Both the position numbers and the translations under genes were made by a program. 64,000 bases of DNA from positions 18,414,001 through 18,478,000 of the forward strand of contig OX597834.1 in assembly GCA_951406725.2 (NCBI GenBank). The letters are read 5' to 3'. How positions within the stretch are numbered: position 1 is the first letter of the stretch; the number at the start of each line of letters is the position of its first letter. The notes below the pieces were generated by a model. It was not told the origin of the DNA. It did not search any database and was given only the letters and a program-made list of their open reading frames with translations. The stretch comes from Octopus vulgaris. Lineage: Eukaryota. Shown here one piece after another: positions 27,325 through 42,869 of the stretch.

Positions 27325-27944
27325 GTTCTGGAGGGGCAAACATAAAGTCAGATACTTTCTAAAAGCACCTCGTATAAAATCAGACTGTCATTCCATCGGT
27401 AATCGGTACAGTTTCAAATGGAATTATAGCGAGTTGAGAAACTACGATCAACTGATAATATTCAAGAAATCAGTTGACAAAGCTCCTGCTATGTCTGTTT
27501 AAAATCTAGAAACAACACCCAAGTAAGATAACTCTAATAAGATCAGCCGACTGAAATTTTGAGCTAATATACACAATACAGACTGGGGGCGGGGAAACCA
27601 TTTCTTCATACTCTGAAATATTTCCCCTCAGCCATATTGTTGTCATTCGAAAGAATGTACATATAATCTTGTTATTATTTCTTGTTCATTTCTCCTACCC
27701 ACTCGCTCTCATTATCCTGCAAGAAGTTTTTTTTCTCCCTTTCTATTTTCTTTTCTTTCTTCATTATTCCTCCTTTGCCTTTGTCCCCTTTCTTCTTCCG
27801 TTTCACTTCTTTCTGCACATGAAATCAACTCCTTAATACCTAACTAAACTGTAAACATCTTTTCATTGGTTTCTAAAGAAAGAAACAAATTGCCAACGAG
27901 AACATCATCATGGACGTAGTCATCCTCCACCTCATTACCTTCAT

Positions 27945-27964
27945 TCTCCTCCTCCTCATCCTCG

Positions 27965-28005
<41 letters not shown>

Positions 28006-28009
28006 GTCG

Positions 28010-28043
<34 letters not shown>

Positions 28044-28372
28044 TATCATCAACCAGCACAACGACGGTTATGGTTTCTAACATAGACACACGGACACAAA
28101 TTAGGTGGAATGTAGGCAATAAATGCATCCTCATTAGAAAACTTGTGCTCAGTTTATTAACGTATGTAAGTGCATATGTGTGTGTGTGTGTGTGTGTATA
28201 CATACATACATACATACATACATACATACATACATACATACATAAAGCCATACATACATATTGCATACATACATACATACATGCATACATACATACATAT
28301 ATTCATACATACATATAGACATGCATACATACATACATACATACATACATACATACATACATACATACATAC
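27945..28372. repeat. (CAT)n and (TACA)n microsatellites
   Basis: Visible. Confidence 0.9.
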
Positions 28373-28919
28373 TTATTGATTTGATGGGGATCTATTGAAT
28401 AGATTGAAGAAGATCAATGTATCAATGTGAAGCACGTCACTTATGATGGCTCGATCGCATGACACAAATCCAAGATTATCTAGTGTTAAACTGAATTTTA
28501 AGCATGGCATAATCTACAAACGTTTCATTAAGAGATTTTACTGTGACTTAATATCGTACAGATAAACATAAATAAAAATAAGAGATTTGTAGAACTACGT
28601 AATACGTTGCACAGAATCTTCCAAACAGTATATCATTATTTACATGTTTTAAGTATGGTATAACCTGAAGTGTCGGAGATCCTATGTAACTTATTGCATT
28701 ATCTTATTTATATAGCAAGTCTATATATGCCTGCCTGTATGATGGGTCATCACAAATCCCCCAATGAAACATTTGTAGATATACCATTAAATGCATTTTT
28801 TTGTTTTATTATATAATATATAATTCATATTTAACTGTGGAACGCGAAGTAAAGCAATAAATAATTGCATAAAAATATTGGGTTAAAAGTCCCTTTTGGA
28901 TAAAAAGAAAGTCGAAGGC

Positions 28920-30050
28920 TACCTGTGCGACTCGAACCCACATCTTCTATAAACATGGCAGACGTTCTTTCATTGGGCCAAAGCAATCTTTCAAAACTCC
29001 CTATCCATTTTCGAAGCTTTGTTCCAGTGATATCCTCCAATATTATCATGCCAGTTTTGTTTCCGTCTCACTCATACACACAACAATCTCTGCACATATC
29101 AAGTAAACATTATTGACCCTCAATCCACCCCACTTAAACATGAATGCCTATTTCTTTATTACCCACAAGGGGTTAAACATAGGGGGGACAAACAAGGACA
29201 GACAAACGGATTAAGTCGATTACATCGACCCCAGTGCGTAACTGGTACTTAACTTATCGACCCCAGTGCGTAACTGGTACTTAACTTATCGACCCCAGTG
29301 CGTAACTGGTACTTAACTTATCGACCCCAGTGCGTAACTGGTACTTAATTTATCGACCCCGAAAGGATGAAAGGCAAAGTTAACCTCGGCGGAATTTGAA
29401 CTCACAACGTAACGACAGACGAAATACGGCTACGCATTTCACCCGGCGTGTTAACGTTTCTGCCAGCTCGCCGCCTACTTAAACATGAATACCACCAAAT
29501 TAAAACCAATAGGACTACCTTAACTGTTTGACTTCACCATCACTGAAGGATCCCTCCTTGCCAACACTCATCCTCAACGTAGCAAATATTGTATCGCAAA
29601 GGACATGCTTTGCTCTTCAGAGCAAGAAAATACACAACTCAGAATAATTACTAACCTTCAACAACACAGCGCTCCTCCTACATCTGAGATGGTGCTATAG
29701 CTACACGCTCAGATATCCTAGACCGCATCCTAAGAAAGGTCATCTAACTGATTAAACTGAAGTCATTCACAAACGCAATCCGACCTCTGTCCCAGAGAGA
29801 CGCAATTCCCTCTCTCAGCACCTTCTTCAGTGTTATACGCTTTCCCTCTCTCAGCCCACTTTCACTCGTATACTCTCGACTCACTCGTTTCTCCTCTTCT
29901 CACCACTCAAATTTTATCAACCCTCGCAGCTCCGTACTAATCACTACCTTTCCAGAAAGTCGCCTTCTGAAATCTCCTCCCTGCAAATGTTTTCGTGCAG
30001 CCGTTGATTTGCAACAGTTTAAGTAGAAGGTCAACGGCATCAACCTTTAT
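28920..30050 (+). pseudogene. CR1-group LINE RT C-terminal fragment, interrupted by a SINE
   Basis: Translations such as DILDRILRKVI*LI...RPLSQR and AVDLQQFK*KVNGINL. Confidence 0.7.
29146..29476 (-). mobile_element. SINE family A with internal 4x32 bp expansion
   Basis: 14 bp TSD ACTTAAACATGAAT (29132-29145, 29477-29490). Confidence 0.92.
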
Positions 30051-30180
30051 CGATTTCAGAGGACCTGCGAAGTCCCCTACAGAACAAATTATAAAAAATA
30101 AATAAATAAAATGAAATAAAATAAACTTCATTTACGACTAAGTTGAGTGGCTCGCTGCATTTAAAAAAATATATTTTATA

Positions 30181-31040
30181 ACACGCTCACACGCACATAC
30201 ACACACATACGCTCACACGCACATACACACACATACGCTCACACACACACACACACACACACATACGCTCACACGCACATACCCACACATACGCTCACAC
30301 GCACATACACACACATACGCTCACACGCACATACGCACACATACGCTCACACGCACATACACACACATACGCTCACACGCACATACACACACATACGCTC
30401 ACACGCACATACACACACATACGCTCACACGCACATACACACACATACGCTCACGCGCACATGCACACACATACGCTCACACACACATACACACACATAC
30501 GCTCATACGCTCACACGCACATACACACACATACGCTCACACGCACATACACACACATACTCTCACACACACACATACGCTCACACGCACATACACACAC
30601 ATACGCTCACACACACACACAACACACACTCACACACACACAACACACACACACATACACACACATACGCACGCACACACACACAACACACACTCACACA
30701 CACATACACACACACATATACACACACATACGCTCACACGCACATACACACATACGCTCACACGCACATACACACATACGCTCACACGCACGTACACACA
30801 CATACGTTCACGCGCACGTACACACACATACGCTCACACGCACATACACACACATAAGCTCACACACAACACAACACGCACATACACACACATACGCTCA
30901 CTCACACATACACACTCACACACATACGCTCACTCACACATACACACACACATACACACACACATACACATACACACACAACACACACTCACACACAGTC
31001 ACACACACACACACGCACACACACACACATACACACACAC
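30181..31040. repeat. 26 bp minisatellite ACACACATACGCTCACACGCACATAC decaying into (CA)n
   Basis: Visible periodicity. Confidence 0.9.
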
Positions 31041-31224
31041 GGCTATAAACGGGTACAAGTTTTCAGCAATTGTGTCCATATGCTAAGGCTTAAAACTCTT
31101 TCTCTCAGCGATATTGTTTCCTCCTTGTCTTTTTTTTCTCAATAACGTCGTGGCGGTGGCGGTGGCGGCGATAAAAGTGGTGGGGGATGGTGGAGAAGTG
31201 GAGACGAATGCGTCTGTCTGCATT

Positions 31225-31263
<39 letters not shown>

Positions 31264-31547
31264 ATGTTTATGTGTGTGTGTGTGTGTATGTGTTCAGAAG
31301 TATGTACGTGTGTCATTCAGTGTGTTATGTGCGGTTTCCGTCATTCCCGTTCCTCGTTTCATCTCCCTCTCCCCCCTCTCTCTCTCACTCTTTCTCTCTC
31401 TCTCACTCTCTCTCTCTCTCTCTCTCTCACTCTCTCTCTCTCTCTCTCCCCTCTCTCCTTGCCCTATTCGACCTGTTTCTGTTCTCCTGTTCCCTCTTCT
31501 GTCTGTCTTTCTATCACACAAACGTTCTCTCCATTTCTCCATGCTCC

Positions 31548-31588
<41 letters not shown>

Positions 31589-31761
31589 TGTGTGTGTATG
31601 TGCGCGCACACGCACGCACACACACGCAGACGCACACACACGCGGACGCACACACACGCGGACGCACACACACACATTAACACATGCACCCCAAAACACT
31701 CAATACCCTTAATACCGTAGTTGAGTGCAGTAGTTTTATTTTAGCTGATCCACTACTCGAA

Positions 31762-32561
<800 letters not shown>

Positions 32562-32699
32562 ACCATGCATATAAACAATAAACACGCGTATCACCTCTCA
32601 GTCTCTCTTGACGACAGAGAGCACCCATTAGCCATCGTCTCCACTGGTACATTAGCACTGACAAAATAGCACCTCTACCACTTTCAACTAACACAACCG

Positions 32700-33258
32700 T
32701 TGGCACCACCACCATCACTACCGGTACACTCACACCGACAAATCGTCACCAACGTCACCACAACCATCACCATCACCACCACCACCACCAATTACAACAT
32801 CATCATGAACATAACACCACTAAGGCCACTAACATCGTAATTAATGACAAAAGGAGTGGGAAGGAAAGGTTGAGTTCCTTGATCAATAATTACTTTGATG
32901 TAAAACGATTCTCCAGCAGTGTCGTCTGTTAGGAAACTGCATGTCAAATATCATAATTACAGCCACAACATCACCGCTGCCTCTATCATTACCGGCACCA
33001 GCATCAGAACCAGCATCAGCATCAGTATTTTCATCATCAATACCATTATAGCGGCACCACAATGATCATCATAAGCAGCAGCAACAGCAACAGCAGCAGC
33101 ACAACGATCATCATCATCATCATCACCATCATCAACATCATCATCATCATCATTATCCTCATCACCACCAACATCGTCGTCGTCGTCGTCGTCATCATCT
33201 TCATCATCATCATCATCATCATCATTGATCATCATCATCATCATTGATCATCATAATC

Positions 33259-33290
<32 letters not shown>

Positions 33291-33314
33291 CATCACCATC
33301 ATCATCACCACCAC

Positions 33315-33380
<66 letters not shown>

Positions 33381-33395
33381 CATCATCACCATCAC

Positions 33396-33472
<77 letters not shown>

Positions 33473-33857
33473 GCAGCACTGCTACCACTACCACCAGCAC
33501 TACACCACTATCAGCAGAAGCACCCCTGCCGTCCCCGCCGCCACCACCACCGCCACCACCACCACCACTATCATCATCACTGGTTACTTCTTTCTAGGCT
33601 AGCCGACGCAGGGGTTTCTACCCTAGTTTGCCTTATCTGCTAGAAAGAGCAGCCAATTTTCCCTTCAGTCATGCCCTATCATAGTAAATAACAATGTTTT
33701 AAAGTAGAGTTTGCAGTTCTTGATATGCAAAAGGAGAGGATGGCTACAACTAGAATGTCTTTGATGATAGGTCTTTTCGATTAGGGCTAACTTTAGGCGA
33801 AACTTCACCAACAACGTAAACAACATTAACCACGTTATCAAACACGTCTATACTAAA

Positions 33858-33890
<33 letters not shown>

Positions 33891-35051
33891 CACCACCATC
33901 ACCATCACCACCAACACCATCACCACCATCACCACCACCACCACCATCACCATCACCACCACCACCACCACCAACACCATCACCACCATCACCACCACTA
34001 TTAATAACAACAACAACTCTACCATCAAAAACCACCATCACCACCACCACCATCACCACCACCACCAACACCATCACCACCACCACCACCACCACCACCA
34101 CCAATAACAACAACTCTACCATCAAAAACCACCATCACCACCACCAACAACACCACCATCACCATCACCACCATCACCACCACCACCATCACCACCACCA
34201 CCACCACCACCACCACCACCACCACCACCACCACCACCACCACCACCACCACCACCACCACCACCACCAACAACAACTCTACCATCAAAAACAAGTACCA
34301 CTTCTAGCACTATCACTAACCTGACAAGCCAATCTGCCCTCTAGAAATAGCAGTTAAATGTCATTCAAATCACTACAAACAGAGGGAAAAGAACACATTG
34401 TATACTGTAGTCCTAGCATAACACATGGGATGGTCGTGGCTGGAATCGCTTTGATCTTATGTCTGCTCGATCAGTGCCAAGGGCTAAAACAACAACATCC
34501 ATCGTGTCAACCACTGTAACTACCACCAACACCTAATTTCCACACTTCTTTATAGCCACCACAATAACCATAACAGCATACACTTGACGACGACAACACT
34601 GAGTGATGACACAGTGTCAGTGATGACAACAATGACAGCGATGACAGTTATGTCAGCGATGACAGCAATGTCATGAACTGGGAGCATGATAACGACTATT
34701 ATTATAGAAATAATGAAAGGTGATGACGAAGACGACGAAGATGATGGTTATTATTAAAGGCAATAAGAATAAGGATTGTAATGAGGATGATGGTGATGAG
34801 GATGAGGATGAGATTGATGCTGGAAATATAAAATTAAATACTAGAGAAAGTAATGATGATGACGATGGGAGTGGTAGTGGTGATGTTGACGTTTCATGTG
34901 CGATGATGTTAGGGATGACGCTGCTGCTGCTGGTGATGGTAGCGGCGGTAGCGGTGGTGGTTGTGGTGGTGGTGGTGGTTTTAGTTGGATGCTGATAATT
35001 AGGATGGAAAAAATAATGAATATTGTTCTCATCCGTCTTGTCCGCATCATC

Positions 35052-35107
<56 letters not shown>

Positions 35108-35116
35108 CACCATCAC

Positions 35117-35169
<53 letters not shown>

Positions 35170-35208
35170 CCATCAATATCACCATCATCATCATCGTCAT
35201 CATCGTCG

Positions 35209-35261
<53 letters not shown>

Positions 35262-35895
35262 TTCAAGGTAACCGTCATGATCAACATCACTAGTGATTTA
35301 GAAGTTACAAATCTCTTGTCTGTCCGTCTCTCTGTCTGTCTGTCTGTCTGTCTGTCTGATTGCCTATCTGTCAGTTTGTATGTCTCTCTCTCTCTCTCTC
35401 TCTCCTTTTCACCCTATTTCCCCACCTCTCTCTTGCATGCATACGTGTATCTGCATAATCATCAACATTATTATTGAGATCGACTTTGCCTTCCAATCTT
35501 TCGAGGTCGATAAAATAAGTACCAGTTGATCCCTGGGGGTTGATCTAATCGACTTATCCCCTCCTCGAACTTGCTAACCTAGTGGCCACATTTGAAAGAA
35601 ACCATTCTTCTTCTTCTTCTTCTTCTCCTTCTCCTTCTCCTTCTCCTTCTCCTTCTCCTTCTCATTCTCCTTCTTCTTCTTCTTCTTCTTCTTCTTCTTC
35701 TTCTTCTCCTCCTCCTTCTTTCTCTTCTTTCTTTCCCTTCTTCTTCTTCTTCTTCTCCTCCTCCTTCTTTCTCTTCTTTCTTTCAATTCTTCTTCTTCTT
35801 CTTCTTCTTCTTCTTCTTCTTCTTCTCCTCCTCCTTCTTTCTCTTCTTTCTTCTTCTTCTTCTTCTTCTTCTTCTCCTCCTCCTCCTCCTCCTCC

Positions 35896-35941
<46 letters not shown>

Positions 35942-35980
35942 TATCATCATCATCATTATTATTATTATTATTATTATTGT
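32700..35980. repeat. Trinucleotide repeat cluster (CAT, CAC, CAG, GAT, CTT, CCT, TAT)
   Basis: Visible; produces homopolymer ORFs. Confidence 0.93.
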
Positions 35981-36059
35981 GATGAATACTCACAGCTTAT
36001 TTTGCTGGTTATGATGGAAAGTGTCAGCTGTCCACAGCCAGCAGACTAAGGTGAGACTT

Positions 36060-36840
36060 ATTCGCTGGTCAAACTCTTAAGAACCTTGCGGAGACTCCGT
36101 CGTCGTCGTTCTCTCAGGGGCGACTCTGGCATTCGGGCTGTTCGGGCTTAGCTCGAGTAAAAATTTAGTGAAGTAAACATGACTTCAAGTATGTAATTGT
36201 AGCTAATAACTCGGGTTCCTTTTATTGAGCCTGGTTGCAGTTCATTTATTTTCGTTCAGCGTCTGGTTGTCATCTTAGAGGTCCCCCGTCTCAAAAGATA
36301 TCATTCGTAGCAGACGTTCTCTCGACATCGTTCACACGCGTCTGACTCGGGTTCAGTAGTTATAGCCCGAGTTGTTATCTATAATCGTAAAAATTTAAAG
36401 TAATTCAAGTTCAATAAATTTCTGTAGAGATTAGGATTTAAATTCTAATCTATTAAAAGTTTCCATTCTGCAATATTCTTAAAAGAACGAAAAATTATCT
36501 AGCAACTCGGGCTAATAATCAACGAGCCTGGTAGGCGTAAAGGACTAACTGACATCTCTTGTTAAGAGTACCGGCATCAGTCAGATCGCTGATGTTTGTT
36601 GTGCACTTTGCTGTCGTTATTTGATTGCTGTTATTCTGTGCGTCTGTGTTTAAAGATCAGCTGTGTTTTGCAGGGTTGCTTTATTTTTACCCTTAACTTA
36701 GAAATGGAGAAAGACATAGAGCTAGATATAAAAAAAAATATCTTTGGGGCAAGAAATATTGCAGAAAGATGTGAAATTCTCCATGCAGGCATGGGATTTA
36801 TGCGAAATCTGTGATGAGCGTGAGTGACGCTGAAGACTAT
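36060..36840. mobile_element. Unclassified element with internal ACTCGGG/CCCGAGT direct and inverted repeats (possible non-autonomous DNA transposon)
   Basis: ACTCGGG at ~36208, ~36345, ~36505; CCCGAGT at ~36366. Confidence 0.35.
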
Positions 36841-36939
36841 ATATATATATATATATATATATAGTTAATCCAAACATGAACAAAGAGAAAACACAACAAC
36901 GCGAGGACGTGGAACAAGTATAGTGTATAGTGAAGGAGG

Positions 36940-36974
36940 ATTTAACGTTTCGAGTGGAGCTCTTCGTCAGAAAC
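36940..36974 (-). ncRNA. Minimal hammerhead variant (Penelope type)
   Basis: Minus strand GTTT CTGACGA A GAG CTCCA CTC GAAA CG TT AAAT, within a ~185 bp unit between (TA)n tracts. Confidence 0.6.
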
Positions 36975-37046
36975 ATAGAAAAAGGAAAGGTCCAAGAAAG
37001 GGAAGACGGAGAAAGAAAATCACCAACGATACACACGCGGTCACAT

Positions 37047-37104
<58 letters not shown>

Positions 37105-37157
37105 ACCGCGTGTGTATCGTTGGTTATTTTCTTTCTCCGTCTTCCCTTTCTTATATA

Positions 37158-37215
<58 letters not shown>

Positions 37216-37358
37216 TATATATATACATATATATATATAACTTATAAAATAAGAAAATTTATAATGCCAAATATGCCGAAAAAAAGACAAAATTGTCAAT
37301 AACCATTATAATTAATGCGTCTCGAAACAAGCCGATAGAAATTTCTAAAAATCCGTTA

Positions 37359-37419
37359 TTACCGTATTGGTCCCAATTTCAGAGTTAATTCATAAGAATT
37401 TTCTCCTCGTCAGCGATAA
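37359..37419 (-). ncRNA. Type I hammerhead ribozyme, intact core
   Basis: Minus strand TTATCG CTGACGA GGAG AA AATTC TTAT GAATT AA CTCT GAAA TTGG GA CCAA TA CGGTAA; all three stems pair; AUA cleavage triplet. Confidence 0.8.
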
Positions 37420-37476
37420 ATACGTAAGACATAAATGAAATACTTACTCATACCCATGGAAAAAGCAAATTTAAGT

Positions 37477-37515
<39 letters not shown>

Positions 37516-40149
37516 CAAACAGTAGATATATATATTATTTATATATGTAAATACATACACAAACATACACACACAGAAACGCATACGTGTATGCATGTAT
37601 GTTTATATGCACGTATACTTATATTGAGTGGAGGGGTATCTGAATGGATATATATGTGTATGTATACATGAATCTATCTCCCTGTTTGTGTGCGTGCTTG
37701 CATGTGCGCATGCGTGTATTTGTAATTTTATTTTGCTTGTTTGTTGTACAGATTCATTGTATCATATTATGTTTCAAATATTGTCCAATGTAGCTCTCGA
37801 AGAAAACAATCCATCATGAAGATGACTTCGATACATTAAAGAATGTTCGGCAGAGCTTCTCTTTCTTTCTTTTTTATGTCCTTTTCTGTTTCCTACGACG
37901 GAAGAGGTTGCATGACGGACATCATTGAAAATAGTAAAGTGAGGCGGATTCCTTTATCTCTTCGAGTATCATTGGACGCAGTAGGTGAAACTGATGACTA
38001 TGAGAGAAGTCTTTCCTGCAAATAAATCTTATGAAATACGCATAATAATAATAATAAACTGGCATAATCTGAACAAAATATTTGACATTTTCAGCTCCCC
38101 ATAGAAACTTCATCGGCAAGATTTTATTAGCGCTATGTGAAGGGTTGTTGTTCTCGGTTGTGGTGTTGTTTAGCCTAAGATCACTTCTGATCGAACATAA
38201 CGGTTTCATCGATAGGTCCTTTGTTAGTTTCTTTGTTGATGTTGTTGAGCACCAGGTCAGCCATGATCGAGCAATCTTATGATCAAAGGCGTTCAGTCTT
38301 TAAACATCCCGGTAATTTTTTAGGTTTAGGATTACATTGTCCGACTTATTCCAGTTTTTTTGTGGTATGACAGTGGAATGTGATATGAGGGGAATTTAGC
38401 TGCTAATTCTAGATGGGCAAGCAACCATGTAAATACTCTCACGTTAGCTCGAAGAGTTTGTGGTTCTCAATGCACCCTAATTTTCCCTGTGGGTTTTACG
38501 TTGAATGGAGGAATGCTATTTATTCATTAACGACGTTGATGCAGTATAAAAAACATCATCTTTTATATATTCGAAGTATTCGAAGTGATATTTTTAATGT
38601 CTTTTTATGCTTTCTTTTAGCTTTTGTAATATCCATTTTCCCTGACTTTTAAGATAAGGCAACAAACAGTAGTAAGTATTGTTACGTCATAATAACCTAT
38701 GAGGTGTATGTGTGCATGCGTATGCGTTTGAATGTAATTTTTTTCTCCTCCTACCTGGTTTCCCTTTTTTTTTTACTCTCGTTCTCCTTCCTCCTGTCTT
38801 TCTTCTTCATCCCCTCCTCTCTCGTGCCTACTTCTGTCAATCATCATTCCATTTCACTGAGCACAGTTATTCCCTTTCGCCTCCCTCCCCCTTCCTTTCT
38901 GAAGCTACTTCACTTTCTTCTGCTTGCTTTCCTCTTGCTATTACATTTTAAGGGACAGAAAAAGACATATAGTTACAAATACACAACAAGGCTTATTATG
39001 TTTATTATGTGTCTGGGGGTCGGGTGGGGATGGTACTATGCATAGAATGCGTGGCATAATGCGAGATCATTAGCGACAGGGTTGTTAGTTCAAATCTTAC
39101 CGCTGACTATGAAGTAATTTCTTATCAGACAAAAATCGTTATTTTGCGTCTTTGATCAAGGTACATTACCCTGATTACTTTGGTTTGCCTGATTGATACT
39201 GATCTTACTTTATGATGGAAAGGGATTTGGCATAACAAAGATATCCAGGTGTAAAAACAATTGCTTCAGCAAAAGAATCACTAAAATGTAAAACTGAAAC
39301 AAAACGCATAAAATGATGACTTCCTACTTCATCCTTATACCGACAAGCAAATCCCTATAATCATTACACACTTCAGTATTACCATCACTATCCTCATCGT
39401 TTTTATGCTCGGTTTTCTTTTTCCTTTTTTCGGTACCAACATGATTTTATGTTCACTACAACACCGCCAATCATTTTCATATTCCGTCACCTAATCGTAA
39501 ACACCCAATGTTCTCAGATCCGACCTCACCACACCTATCAGGATTCTATTGATCTCCCAAGACAGTTCATGTTTCAACATCTTTTTCTTACCCAGTAGGT
39601 ATCATCTAAGCACATGACCTGTCCATAATATAACTGTCTCCCTCTTGATAAACATCAGCACATTATATTTGATGTGTGCGCGTGTGTATTATGATAGAAA
39701 ATGTTGAGCATTAAGAAATGGCATACGGTATTTTGTCATGTCTCTCGACGTTCTGAATCCAAATTCCACCAATGTTAACTCTGCCGTCCATCTTTCCGAC
39801 ATCGCTTGGATTTATCCGTGTACTTGACGGGTACTTATCTTATTGACAACGAGAGAATGAACATCAAACTCGACGCCGTTGGGATTTAAACTCAGAACGC
39901 AAAGATATTTCTAAGTACAACCGTTTAATTCTATCAGTTGTTGTTTCTGTCAAGTTTATCAGGAACAATAGCAATTATCGGATAAATAATATTTTATATT
40001 ACGAGTAATCTTTGTCAGCAGCCAATAAGTATGGTAGTACTTTTTAGATTAACGATAATTTCGGATTCTGGTTGGAATAACCAAGTGTCTTTGCAGTGGA
40101 GAATCCTAGTTTAGTGTATATGGGGTTATGTGACAGCTATATTACCTTA

Positions 40150-41220
40150 CAGCTATATTATGACTTCATCCATTTTGTTGCAAAGTATAACCTAACCAAC
40201 TTCGAAACAAATTTGTCGACAAATTTCTATCAAAGATTTTTAAAAATCTGGTGGTTTAGTTAAATAGAATTTCAGATCTTTTCAGTTATTGTCACAGTTA
40301 AGTGACACAATTAAGTGAAAATTTTCAAATTTGGTATATAGATGTAATTTTTCATGCTAAATCTGATTTTGTTACTCACTTGTTCCAGAAAAAGAAATTT
40401 AAGAAAATGTTATAGAGATTTAAAGTATGGTGATTTTTCCCAATCAGAAAACGGGATTTGGAAGCTGGCATTTTGTGCATGATAGCTGTCTATGACAACA
40501 TTATGAGAAACTTGTGAGAAATTTTGAAGTTTTAATAAGTTTTAGTGAATGAAGTCATGTAATATGTTGGAATAGATATGTATAAAAAGGGAAAACCCTG
40601 AATGAATGCTGTTTTTCTTTTTTTAGCGAAAAAATACAAAAATACAAACTGTACGTTAAATTACGAAACACGAAAATAATAGAAACAAACTGTAGTTCAG
40701 TTCATATAAAACAATTTTCTTTAAGAGATAACATTCTTCTCTTGCAAGTAAGAAACCGCACCCTCCTCGGTTTTCAATTTCTCGATCATATCCGGAAGAT
40801 TAAACGCGTTGGCTGCAATCATAACTCTTAGTTAGTTTGAAAAGGTCCAAGAAAACATACAGTTCAACGTGATGGAAATGCGGTAGTGACAGGAGAGCAA
40901 CCGAAAATATCCATTCGTTTTTCAAAAAATAAAATAAAATAAAAAGATAAATAAAAACAGGTGAAAATGATAAAAAGGATGTAATACAAACTTCAGAAAG
41001 TAGACACTTTAAGCAAACTATACCTTGGCTTGTTACTATGAAAACAGGCACCAATATATCTGTGGCTTTTAATTGGCTAAAATTACCCAAAATTTACAAA
41101 CTTTAAAAGCTTTATTGCAAAAATGAATTTTATTTCCATAATTAGCACACAAAACTTCATTAGTAGTTAACAGAATTGAAAACTGTGACAGCAAAAAAAA
41201 AAAAAAAAAATCCAGAATTT
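40150..41220. mobile_element. Unclassified dispersed element (related copy ~57080-57190, opposite strand)
   Basis: CTTGGCTTGTTACTAT...CCAATATATCTGTG...ATTGGCTAAAATT (~41025-41110) matches the reverse complement of ~57100-57190; outer boundaries uncertain. Confidence 0.45.
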
Positions 41221-41258
41221 TTTCATCCTGCCTTTTTAATCTATGTCTTTTGTTTTAG

Positions 41259-41317
<59 letters not shown>

Positions 41318-41426
41318 GCACTTCGGATAATGCCGTCCTGGGTTCTCCTGCACACAGGAAAAAGGATGGTCATGACTGGAATGCCTTGGATTATATAAAT
41401 CAGTTCAAACAGAGTTGAACTAAGCC

Positions 41427-41493
<67 letters not shown>

Positions 41494-42504
41494 CAAAATT
41501 AGTTTATTCCTTATAAGCTTCACAGAGGAATAACATTTTCAAGGATTTGGGAAATGGACTACAATATATACTGAAGGCTCAGCTCAATTCAATGGTGTAA
41601 AAGTAGCTCCTTTGGTTGAGAAAAATAGCCCGAGAATACCCAAAATGAGGAAGCTAGCAAAAGAGGTTCCGTTTGAAGTAGAATTCTGTAACTGGATAAT
41701 TGTAACTGGCTTATAAAGCTGTTTATTGCTGTTGTTTCTATAAAATCGAGATGTTCTGAAAAGCGAAAACTGTCGCACACCGCTGTTTTGTATGGTTTTC
41801 ATTGTGCGAAGCTAATTATGCCTTCTCTGTTCTTTCGAAGTGAGTATGCCAATAGTGAGTGTGGTTATAATTTCATTGCATTGTGGTTATAATTTCGCTG
41901 CATGCTAGTCGCTGTAAAATATCCTTTCATGCTGTTCACTAGAAACGTTTGTTTGAACTTCTTCACTGCTGAGATGCAGAGCAGTGTCAAATATTGTCAT
42001 AATCACTGGCAGCCGCCTAACTTGAAAGACATCATGATGAAGAAAGCAATTATCTTCTTGGTTTGATCTACCAACTTTGCTTCTCCGACTTCTGACCGTT
42101 TAACTACATTTTGCAACTGTTTAATACACCACCATTTATCTATTTAGTTTCTTAGCAACAGGCGCAATAGACGAAAGATGTGCCGTCCTTAGACTCTGTT
42201 GTCTTTGCGTTCTCGGAGCAGTAATGATTTTAGAGGTGTGTCTCATTCTTTGACGTGTGTCATTTCATAAATCAAGTGTGGTTTTATAGTTGCTTCTTTA
42301 TTGTAATCAAAGCAACAGGATTTAACTATGGTTTGTTTCGATTCGTTTTCGTAGCAATGATTTGCTTTTGTTGACTGTGTAAGTATCATGTTCGATTTCA
42401 GGCGTATCGCGAATTTAATACACACACACCCACACACATTATATATATATATATATATAATGATAAATCTCAGGGCGAGTTATAAACAGTAGCGGTAACA
42501 CATC

Positions 42505-42869
<365 letters not shown>

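Noticed and set aside
28512-28565. Minus strand CTGTACGA T ATTAAG...CTTAAT GAAACGTT
   Set aside because: Core has an insertion and stem I is poor; possible relic only.
29224-29351. CRISPR-like 32 bp repeats
   Set aside because: No spacers, located inside a SINE, eukaryotic context.
33062-36049. Poly-His/Asp/Glu/Lys/Gly ORFs
   Set aside because: Trinucleotide microsatellites open in several frames; no domain or splice context.
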